Positions 17,086-24,187 of a DNA stretch of 39,989 bases are shown here, piece after piece. This DNA is from Staphylococcus phage MBBL139. The translations under genes were made by a program, and so were the position numbers. A model generated the notes under the pieces. The model had not been told where the DNA came from. It worked only from the letters and a program-made list of their open reading frames with translations, and searched no databases. The DNA lies in sequence record OR786095.1; one strand, given 5' to 3'. How positions within the stretch are numbered: the stretch's first letter is position 1; each line of letters starts with the position of its first letter.

Positions 17086-17944
17086 GAAGAAGATTGCTCT
17101 GGTGCTGGATGGCGACTATCTGGTCTTCTCTTCTATGGCTGCTGCCGAGGACGAGACAGACTGGGGCGATGACATCTGGACGCTTATCTGCGACCACGAG
17201 AAGGCTCGCCGCATCCTTGAGAACACCATCGCTGAAATCGTGCGGAAGCGAAAGGCGTGGAAAGACGCTAAGATTGTGATGTGCTTCACCGATGACGATA
17301 ACTGGCGTAAGGGTGTTCTGCCTACATATAAGGCCAACCGTAAAGGTTCTCGCAAGCCTGTCGGTTACAAGAAGTTCGTAGCCGAAGTGATGGCTGACCC
17401 ACGGTTCAACAGCTTCCTGAAGCCTACGCTTGAAGGCGACGATTGTATGGGCATCATTGGTACACGACCTCAGATTGTGGGCTGCGACCATGCGGTGCTG
17501 GTGTCCTGTGATAAGGACTTCAAGACTATCCCGAACTGTGAGTTCTTCTGGTTAACCACTGGTGAAATCCTGAGTCACACGACTGCCGAGGCAGACTACT
17601 GGCACATGGAGCAGACCATCAAGGGTGACACTACAGATGGCTACGGCGGCATTCCGGGGATGGGCGAGGATACCACTCGTGCGTTCCTTGACGAGCCGTA
17701 CTACTTCGTGCAGGAGAGCCGTGAGCTTAAGACTGGCAAGAACAAAGGCCAGATTAAGACTGAGTGGAAGAAGTACCCTAAGCGTGAAGACATGACGCTG
17801 TGGGACTGCATGGTGACTCTGGCTGCTAAAGCCGGGATGACCGAGGAGGAACTTCTGGTCCAAGCTCAGGTCGCTCGCATTTGTCGAGCCTCCGACTACG
17901 ACCCTAAGTCTAAGGAGGTCATCCTGTGGACACCATCCATGTAA
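17075..17944 (+). CDS. gp6: 5'-3' exonuclease (FEN-like)
   Basis: DKDFKTIPNC, TIKGD.TDGY.GI.G and WDC...AKAGMTEE match recalled T7 gp6. Confidence 0.9.
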   Translation: MGSEKKIALVLDGDYLVFSSMAAAEDETDWGDDIWTLICDHEKARRILENTIAEIVRKRKAWKDAKIVMCFTDDDNWRKGVLPTYKANRKGSRKPVGYKKFVAEVMADPRFNSFLKPTLEGDDCMGIIGTRPQIVGCDHAVLVSCDKDFKTIPNCEFFWLTTGEILSHTTAEADYWHMEQTIKGDTTDGYGGIPGMGEDTTRAFLDEPYYFVQESRELKTGKNKGQIKTEWKKYPKREDMTLWDCMVTLAAKAGMTEEELLVQAQVARICRASDYDPKSKEVILWTPSM

Positions 17945-18018
17945 TTTACTGGGCCGGACTTCTGGCCCTTTACTGCATGTACAAGTGGTTCGGGTCGAAC
18001 AACCGCCCTAAACACTGA
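17926..18018 (+). CDS. Possible 30-aa hydrophobic peptide overlapping the 3' end of gene 6 (GTG start)
   Basis: AGGAGG seven nt upstream of GTG 17926. The product (VDTIHVIYWAGLLALYCMYKWFGSNNRPKH) is in the gene 6.3 position. Confidence 0.3.
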   Translation: MDTIHVIYWAGLLALYCMYKWFGSNNRPKH

Positions 18019-18071
18019 GTCTAACCGATAGTCATATCCTATCAATCCAACAGTCATACATAGGTGAAACA

Positions 18072-18092
18072 CTAAACTATCACTATAGGGAC
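18072..18092 (+). promoter_or_regulatory. Phage-RNAP promoter (cTAAACTATCACTATAGGGac), phi6.5-like
   Basis: Perfect consensus copy. Confidence 0.75.
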
Positions 18093-18154
18093 TTTAGGAC
18101 CTAAGATATGACTATAAGATAGACTTTAGTCTTAACTTAAAGAGGAGATTCAAG

Positions 18155-18427
18155 ATGGCGCTTAATGCTATTGAAAACGTTGTTAAGCAGTTACAGGAAG
18201 AAAGACTTGATGTCCCGAACATCTCCCAGTCTGCCATCCAGTTCCTGCACGTATTGTTCAACGCAAGCTACGCTGAGAAGATGGGAGCTATCAGTCTCCT
18301 CAAGCAGCAAGGCTACAGCGATGCGTTCATTGCCGGGTTCATCAAGGGTCTCCAGTACTGCTCTGACACTCTCGACTCTGCGATTTCTATGCGTCGTGAG
18401 CTGAAAGATACCGTTCAGTTCGATTAA
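18155..18427 (+). CDS. gp6.5-like hypothetical protein
   Basis: 90 aa with a strong agaggag RBS; called from its position after phi6.5. Confidence 0.55.
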   Translation: MALNAIENVVKQLQEERLDVPNISQSAIQFLHVLFNASYAEKMGAISLLKQQGYSDAFIAGFIKGLQYCSDTLDSAISMRRELKDTVQFD

Positions 18428-18441
18428 CTGTAGGAGGGACT

Positions 18442-18666
18442 ATGTGTTTCAGTCCAAAGATTAGCACTCCGAAGCCTTCGGTCCAAGCACCAGAACCAGC
18501 ACCTCTGAGTGAGGAAGTTGCGTCAGTTGACATCGGGGCTGAATCGGATGTTGACACCAACGAGACCAAGGGTATCAAAGACCTTAAGGTTAAGAAGGAG
18601 TCTACACCTAAAGATAGATCGTCAGTGAGTCGCGCTATGCGAGCCTCTGGCGTCAACATGGGGTAA
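18442..18666 (+). CDS. gp6.7: gp6.7-like virion protein
   Basis: The N-terminus MCFSPKISTPKP...EPAPL matches recalled T7 gp6.7 (MCFSPKIKTPK...EPAPL). Confidence 0.75.
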   Translation: MCFSPKISTPKPSVQAPEPAPLSEEVASVDIGAESDVDTNETKGIKDLKVKKESTPKDRSSVSRAMRASGVNMG

Positions 18667-18670
18667 GACA

Positions 18671-19075
18671 ATGCTACCATATCTCAACTCACGCGAAGGT
18701 CGGCACATGTGCGCCTGTCGCCTCTGGGAAGACGGGCAGTCTAACTTCAAATCATTCGAGGACTTCAAGGCTCATACTTACCGCATGGCTGACGAGTTCG
18801 ACGGTGAAGAGTACACAATCTACGATGTCTCAGGTCAACCAGTAGCGTATCTCTACATGCTGGCTACCGCATCTTGGCACCGACCGACTCCCGGTCTTGA
18901 TCTTTCAGTAATCGCTATTCGTCGTGACTCGCAGTCCTCCCGCAAGGTTCTTGAGACTGTCAGACACATCATAGACGAAGAATGCAAGCGTTGGGGTCTA
19001 GACTGGTATTCTCGTGTCAAGCATGTTTCTGGGTCGATAGACATCGTAACAACTAAGGAGTTTAACCGTGGGTAA
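18671..19075 (+). CDS. gp7-like hypothetical protein (134 aa)
   Basis: Sits between 6.7 and 7.3; homology not verified. Confidence 0.55.
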   Translation: MLPYLNSREGRHMCACRLWEDGQSNFKSFEDFKAHTYRMADEFDGEEYTIYDVSGQPVAYLYMLATASWHRPTPGLDLSVIAIRRDSQSSRKVLETVRHIIDEECKRWGLDWYSRVKHVSGSIDIVTTKEFNRG

Positions 19076-19316
19076 ATCAATCAGTAAGGCTTTCAAGAAA
19101 GTGGTGAGCAGTGCGTTAGGGACCGTTGGTATTGGCGCTAACGATGCGCCTAAAGTTGTTGAGGCTCAGACCCCAGCGGCACCAGTGGAAGTAGCGAACG
19201 ACCAAGTGGAGGATGTGGATACTGAAACAACCGCATCTGACGAGAAGAAAGTGAAGCGTTCTGGTAAGCGTAGCCTTCAGGTATCTCGCACCTCTGGTGG
19301 CGGTATTTCTATTTAA
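19068..19316 (+). CDS. gp7.3: gp7.3-like tail/adsorption protein
   Basis: MGK...KK N-terminus and SGKRSLQVSRTSGGGISI C-terminus match recalled T7 gp7.3 (GGKKSLSVARSSGGGINI). Confidence 0.75.
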   Translation: MGKSISKAFKKVVSSALGTVGIGANDAPKVVEAQTPAAPVEVANDQVEDVDTETTASDEKKVKRSGKRSLQVSRTSGGGISI

Positions 19317-19327
19317 GGAGGTGATGA

Positions 19328-20896
19328 ATGGCTGAACGTGAAGGGTTCGCTGCTGAAGGAGCCAAAGCGGTCTATGACCGACTGAAGAACGGTAGACAGC
19401 CATATGAGACACGCGCTCAGAACTGTGCTGCTGTCACTATTCCGTCACTGTTTCCCAAGGAGTCCGACAACTCGTCTACGGAATATTCAACCCCGTGGCA
19501 AGCTGTGGGCGCTCGCTGCCTGAACAACCTTGCTGCCAAACTTATGCTGGCTCTGTTCCCGCAATCACCGTGGATGAGACTTACCGTCTCTGAATATGAG
19601 GCAAAGGCCTTGAGTCAAGACTCAGAGGCCGCTGCTCGTGTTGACGAGGGGCTGGCTATGGTCGAGCGTGTGTTGATGGCCTATATGGAGACCAATAGTT
19701 TCCGTGTCCCTCTGTTTGAGGCCTTGAAGCAGCTTATCGTCTCAGGTAACTGCCTGCTCTATATACCGCCTCCAGAACAAGGACAGTACAGTCCTATGCG
19801 TATGTATCGTCTGGTCTCCTATGTGGTCCAGCGTGATGCGTTCGGAAACGTGCTACAGATTGTCACCCTCGATAAGGTGGCCTTCAGTGCTCTACCGGAA
19901 GACGTGAAGTCTCAGCTAAAAGCTGACGACTACGAGCCGGACACCGAGCTGGAAGTCTACACTCACATCTATCGGCAGGACGACGAGTACCTGCGCTATG
20001 AGGAAGTGGAAGGCATAGAGGTTGAGGGGACCGATGGTTCTTATCCTCTCGATGCCTGCCCGTACATCCCTGTGCGAATGGTACGACTCGATGGTGAAGA
20101 CTATGGTCGTTCTTACTGCGAGGAGTATCTGGGAGACCTGAACTCTCTGGAGACGATTACAGAAGCTATCACCAAAATGGCTAAGGTAGCCTCCAAAGTG
20201 GTGGGCCTCGTTAACCCGAACGGCATCACGCAACCTAGACGTCTAAACAAGGCGGCTACAGGTGAGTTCGTGGCTGGTCGCGTAGAGGACATCAACTTCC
20301 TGCAACTGACGAAAGGTCAGGACTTTACGATTGCCAAGTCGGTGGCTGACGCTATCGAGCAACGTTTAGGCTGGGCCTTCCTTCTTAATAGTGCTGTTCA
20401 GCGTAATGCTGAGCGAGTGACTGCTGAAGAGATTCGTTATGTTGCGGGCGAACTGGAGGCGACCTTAGGTGGCGTGTACTCTGTGCAGTCTCAGGAGATG
20501 CAGTTACCTCTGGTACGTGTGTTGCTGAACCAGCTTCAGTCCGCTGGCATGATTCCTGACCTTCCGAAAGAAGCGGTAGAGCCTACGGTCTCCACTGGTC
20601 TGGAAGCGCTGGGCCGTGGTCAAGACTTGGAGAAGCTAACTCAGGCAGTGAACATGATGACAGGACTTCAGCCTCTGGCTCAGGACCCGGACATCAACTT
20701 GCCGACCCTTAAGCTCCGACTGCTGAACGCTCTAGGCATCGACACCGCTGGTCTCCTCCTCACGCAGGACGAGAAGCTGCAACGCATGGCTGAGCAATCG
20801 TCTCAGAATGCGGTCGTACAAGGTGCTGGCGCTGCTGGAGCTAACATGGGTGCTGCGGTTGGTCAGGGTGCTGGTGAGGATATGGCTCAGGCTTAA
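19328..20896 (+). CDS. gp8: Head-to-tail connector (portal) protein
   Basis: Long identical blocks to recalled T7 gp8 (PYETRAQNCA, TPWQAVGAR.LNNLA.KLMLALFP, YRLVSYVVQRDAFGNVLQ, RSYCEEYLGDL, ERVTAEEIRYVA.ELE.TLGGVYS). Confidence 0.95.
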   Translation: MAEREGFAAEGAKAVYDRLKNGRQPYETRAQNCAAVTIPSLFPKESDNSSTEYSTPWQAVGARCLNNLAAKLMLALFPQSPWMRLTVSEYEAKALSQDSEAAARVDEGLAMVERVLMAYMETNSFRVPLFEALKQLIVSGNCLLYIPPPEQGQYSPMRMYRLVSYVVQRDAFGNVLQIVTLDKVAFSALPEDVKSQLKADDYEPDTELEVYTHIYRQDDEYLRYEEVEGIEVEGTDGSYPLDACPYIPVRMVRLDGEDYGRSYCEEYLGDLNSLETITEAITKMAKVASKVVGLVNPNGITQPRRLNKAATGEFVAGRVEDINFLQLTKGQDFTIAKSVADAIEQRLGWAFLLNSAVQRNAERVTAEEIRYVAGELEATLGGVYSVQSQEMQLPLVRVLLNQLQSAGMIPDLPKEAVEPTVSTGLEALGRGQDLEKLTQAVNMMTGLQPLAQDPDINLPTLKLRLLNALGIDTAGLLLTQDEKLQRMAEQSSQNAVVQGAGAAGANMGAAVGQGAGEDMAQA

Positions 20897-20912
20897 CTAT
20901 CACTATAGGAAC
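20892..20912 (+). promoter_or_regulatory. Phage-RNAP promoter (cTtAACTATCACTATAGGaac), phi9-like
   Basis: Consensus copy overlapping the portal gene stop. Confidence 0.7.
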
Positions 20913-20996
20913 AACGGACACACATTCACTGCGAGTGTGCCACTGGGAGCTACCATACTCTGTCCGTTACCTATTAACTACCAAAGGAGAGACTTA

Positions 20997-21878
20997 ATGT
21001 CCCAATCAGTTTATGCCGAGTTCGGCGTTAGTCCTAATGCAATCACTGGTTCCGTTGAGGACCTGAACGAACACCAACAGTCTATGCTGGAGAAGGACGT
21101 TGCAGTCCGTGATGGCGATGACGCTATTACCTTCAAGCAACTGGAAGCCGAGAACGAAGGGGCTACCGAAGAAGACGAAAACGTCGAAGAGGCTGAAGAC
21201 GACGATACTGAAGGTAACGACGATGAGTCCGATACCGAAGGTGATGACCAAGAGTTTGTCGAACTGGGTGAAACTCCTAAAGAGCTGACCGAAAGTGTCA
21301 CCGCCCTTAACGAGAACGAAGCTGCCTTCGACGACATGGTGTCTGCTGCTGTAGAGGCTGGCAAGGTCACTGCTGATGACATCACAGCTATTAAGGCCGA
21401 ATATGCCTCCAAAGGTGAGCTGTCCGAGGCATCCTATGCTAAACTGGCTGAAGCTGGTTACACAAAGCGTTTCGTAGATTCGTTTGTCCGTGGTCAGGAA
21501 GCTCTGGCCGAGCAGTACGCTGCTGGTGTGGTTCGCTACGCTGGCGGTGCTGAACAGTTTAATCGCATCCTGTCACACCTTGAGGCGAACGATAAGTCAA
21601 CTCGTGAAGCACTGGAAGCTGCTATCGTTCGTAAGGACATTGCGACTACCAAAGCTCTGCTGAATCTGGCTGGTCGTAACCTCGGTAAGACCCGTGGCGT
21701 TGCACCTCAGCGAACCCTGACTACTCAAGGTAAGCCAGCTGTTGCCACACCTAAGGCACAGGCCGAAGGTTTCAGCTCTAAGGCTGACATGATTAAAGCT
21801 ATGAGTGACCCGCGATATCTGCGTGACGCTACGTACACTAATCAGGTCCGCGCTAAGGTAGCCGTGTCCAGCCTGTAA
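20997..21878 (+). CDS. gp9: Capsid assembly (scaffolding) protein
   Basis: ATG 20997 has an aaggaga RBS (the track ORF starts upstream at 20808). The product is highly acidic; VYAEFGV, ARDGDDAI, SYAKLAE.GYTK.F.DS..RGQEAL and IKAMSDPRY match recalled T7 gp9. Confidence 0.85.
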   Translation: MSQSVYAEFGVSPNAITGSVEDLNEHQQSMLEKDVAVRDGDDAITFKQLEAENEGATEEDENVEEAEDDDTEGNDDESDTEGDDQEFVELGETPKELTESVTALNENEAAFDDMVSAAVEAGKVTADDITAIKAEYASKGELSEASYAKLAEAGYTKRFVDSFVRGQEALAEQYAAGVVRYAGGAEQFNRILSHLEANDKSTREALEAAIVRKDIATTKALLNLAGRNLGKTRGVAPQRTLTTQGKPAVATPKAQAEGFSSKADMIKAMSDPRYLRDATYTNQVRAKVAVSSL

Positions 21879-21885
21879 GGTGGGA

Positions 21886-21907
21886 CTAAACTATCACTAT
21901 AGGGAGA
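21886..21907 (+). promoter_or_regulatory. Strong phage-RNAP promoter (cTAAACTATCACTATAGGGAGA), phi10-like
   Basis: The only copy with a full GGGAGA initiating region, sited immediately before the major capsid gene as for T7 phi10. Confidence 0.85.
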
Positions 21908-22012
21908 CCAAGAGAACTGATACCTCTGGTTTCCCTGTAACTTCAGTCCATACGGATTGGGCATAACGAAGTAACCAAACTTTATCTTTCATTCGAATAG
22001 GAGAATTATCAT

Positions 22013-23062
22013 ATGGCAAACGTACCGGGTCAGAAAATTGGTCAGAACCAAGGTAAAGGCGTAAGCAATACCGACCAGCTAGCTCTGTTCCTGAAGGTCT
22101 TCGCTGGTGAAGTCCTGACCGCTTTCACTCGTCGTTCCGTGACTGCTGACAAGCATATTGTCCGCACCATTCAGAACGGTAAGTCCGCACAGTTCCCGGT
22201 CATGGGCCGCACCTCTGGTGTGTATCTGGCTCCGGGTGAGCGCCTGAGCGATAAGCGTAAAGGCATCAAACACACTGAGAAGGTTATCACCATTGATGGT
22301 CTGCTGACCGCTGACGTGATGATTTTCGACATCGAAGACGCTATGAACCACTATGACGTGGCTGGCGAGTATTCCAACCAGCTCGGTGAAGCTCTGGCTA
22401 TCGCTGCTGATGGTGCAGTGCTGGCTGAGATGGCGATTCTGTGTAACCTGCCTGCCGCATCCGACGAGAACATCGCTGGTCTGGGCAAGGCGTCCGTACT
22501 GGAAGTTGGTACTAAAGCTGACCTGAACACCCCGGCTAAACTGGGTGAAGCAATCATCGGTCAACTGACCATCGCTCGTGCGAAGCTTACCTCCAACTAC
22601 GTACCTGCTGGCGACCGTTACTTCTACACCACGCCTGATAACTACTCTGCGATTCTGGCTGCTCTGATGCCTAACGCTGCTAACTACGCTGCGCTGATTG
22701 ACCCTGAGACGGGCAACATCCGTAACGTAATGGGCTTCGTGGTGGTTGAGGTTCCGCACCTGACTCAGGGTGGCGCTGGCGAGACTCGCGGTGACGATGG
22801 CATCTCCATTGCATCTGGTCAGAAACACGCATTCCCAGAGACTTCTAGCGCTACCGTTAAGGTCGCTCTGGATAACGTTGTGGGCCTGTTCTCTCACCGC
22901 TCTGCTGTAGGTACTGTTAAGCTGCGTGACTTGGCGCTGGAACGTGACCGTGATGTCGACGCTCAGGGCGACCTGATTGTCGGTAAATACGCGATGGGCC
23001 ACGGCGGTCTGCGCCCAGAAGCAGCAGGTGCACTGGTTTTCAGTCCAGCAGCAGCGGGTTAA
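22013..23062 (+). CDS. gp10A: Major capsid protein 10A
   Basis: 349 aa with a strong ataggaga RBS. Blocks are near-identical to recalled T7 gp10A (LALFLKVF.GEVLTAF, KHTEKVITIDGLLTADV, DIEDAMNHYDV, ALMPNAANYAALIDPE, KYAMGHGGLRPEAAGA). Confidence 0.97.
   Translation: MANVPGQKIGQNQGKGVSNTDQLALFLKVFAGEVLTAFTRRSVTADKHIVRTIQNGKSAQFPVMGRTSGVYLAPGERLSDKRKGIKHTEKVITIDGLLTADVMIFDIEDAMNHYDVAGEYSNQLGEALAIAADGAVLAEMAILCNLPAASDENIAGLGKASVLEVGTKADLNTPAKLGEAIIGQLTIARAKLTSNYVPAGDRYFYTTPDNYSAILAALMPNAANYAALIDPETGNIRNVMGFVVVEVPHLTQGGAGETRGDDGISIASGQKHAFPETSSATVKVALDNVVGLFSHRSAVGTVKLRDLALERDRDVDAQGDLIVGKYAMGHGGLRPEAAGALVFSPAAAG
23035..23041 (+). other. -1 programmed frameshift slippery site G GUU UUC near the end of 10A
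   Basis: Same heptamer, at the same place nine codons before the 10A stop, as recalled for the T7 gene 10 frameshift. The -1 frame stays open for 94 further codons to 23325. Confidence 0.6.
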
Positions 23063-23325
23063 TGACCTTCAGGGCTCTCTCTACTGAGGGTCCTACCTTG
23101 GAAACCTTGGAGTCCTCAGTGGGTAGCAGCCTTAAGGTTGACTTCCCGGAGCTGGCAGATGTGACCGACTGGTCTCTGCTGAGTGTAACCGTGCCTGATG
23201 GTGTGAGCTACTCTCGTAGAACTTCAAGTCTCTACTTCAAGGCCACCGATGCTGTGAGCGGTCTTGTAACTGTTGGATACGATGGGACTACAGTTCGGTC
23301 GTTCAACGTTTCGTTCACAAACTAA
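23062..23325 (+). CDS. gp10B: C-terminal extension of minor capsid protein 10B (reached by -1 frameshift from 10A, not an independent gene)
   Basis: This ORF is in the -1 frame relative to 10A and begins inside the 10A stop codon. It has no RBS of its own. Confidence 0.55.
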   Translation: MTFRALSTEGPTLETLESSVGSSLKVDFPELADVTDWSLLSVTVPDGVSYSRRTSSLYFKATDAVSGLVTVGYDGTTVRSFNVSFTN

Positions 23326-23328
23326 TTG

Positions 23329-23368
23329 AAACCCCTTGGGTGCCTTCGGGTGCTTGAGGGGTTTTTTG
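23329..23368 (+). terminator. Tphi-like transcription terminator
   Basis: CCCCUUGGGUGCC-uucg-GGUGCUUGAGGGG, a 13-bp stem with a UUCG tetraloop followed by UUUUUUG, directly after gene 10 as in T7. Confidence 0.85.
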
Positions 23369-23382
23369 CTTAAGGAGGGACT

Positions 23383-23949
23383 ATGGGTCCATACATTCCG
23401 ATAAACACTAATGATGACCTCGATGCCATCAACGACATGCTGGCTGCTATAGGGGAACCTGCCGTCCTACAACTTGACGAGGGGAACGCAGACGTCTCTA
23501 ACGCAATGCGAATCCTACAGAGAGTTAACCGACAGATTCAGGCAAAGGGTTGGAACTTCAATATCAATGAGTCTGCGGTGCTGGTTCCAGACCTTTCAGA
23601 CCAGAGAATCAAGTACCTGCCAACATACCTGCGGGTAATGACCACTGGTGCCACCAGCTACTATAGCAACATGGGCGGGTACCTTTACGACCTTAGCACC
23701 CAGTCAACTACCTTCACGTCCTCAATAACGGTTGAGCTGGTAGAGCTGAAGCCCTATAGTGAGATGCCTGTGGTCTTCCGAGACTACATCGTAACCAAGG
23801 CAAGCCGAGAGTTCAACGCTAAGTTCTTCGGTAGCCCTGAAGCTGAGCAGTACCTCCGAGAGCAGGAGAACGAACTGTATCAGCAGGTCATGGAGTACGA
23901 GATGGACACAGGGCGATACAACATGATGTCTTCCATCGGGAGGGACTAA
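23383..23949 (+). CDS. gp11: Tail tubular protein A
   Basis: IGEP, GWNFNI.E, RDYIVTKASREFN and CMEYEMD-like blocks match recalled T7 gp11. Confidence 0.9.
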   Translation: MGPYIPINTNDDLDAINDMLAAIGEPAVLQLDEGNADVSNAMRILQRVNRQIQAKGWNFNINESAVLVPDLSDQRIKYLPTYLRVMTTGATSYYSNMGGYLYDLSTQSTTFTSSITVELVELKPYSEMPVVFRDYIVTKASREFNAKFFGSPEAEQYLREQENELYQQVMEYEMDTGRYNMMSSIGRD

Positions 23950-24176
23950 TGGCAACGCATAACCTGAAGATTGACAGACATCACTTTGGTCCCGTAAAGT
24001 TGGGACTGAAGACCGCCGAGTTGCGCCTGAACGACCGGGACTACAAGGTCGGTGACTGGCTTATTCTGAACGAGTACCACAACGGGTATACTGGACAGCA
24101 GGTAGCGCGTAAGGTTGTCCATGTGGCTGACGTAGGGTCCATAGCTCCGGGTTACGTCCTGCTGAGCTGCATTTAA
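23949..24176 (+). CDS. DUF3850/ASCH-like (PUA-fold) small protein inserted between tail genes 11 and 12
   Basis: HNLKIDRHHFGPVKLGLKTAELRLNDRDYKVGDWLIL fits the DUF3850 pattern HxLKIxPxYFxxVxxGxKTxExRxNDRDFxVGD. Coupled to gp11 by a TAATG overlap. Confidence 0.6.
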   Translation: MATHNLKIDRHHFGPVKLGLKTAELRLNDRDYKVGDWLILNEYHNGYTGQQVARKVVHVADVGSIAPGYVLLSCI

Positions 24177-24187
24177 CTGGAGGTGAT

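Noticed and set aside
20808-20996. N-terminal extension of the scaffold ORF
   Set aside because: It overlaps the portal gene end and the phi9 promoter. aaggaga precedes ATG 20997, which aligns with the T7 gp9 N-terminus.
22079-23002. Minus-strand ORF of 307 aa
   Set aside because: It lies entirely antisense to the highly conserved major capsid gene, and its composition (Val/Ser/Thr/Arg-rich) is typical of a shadow ORF. T7-like genomes have no minus-strand genes.
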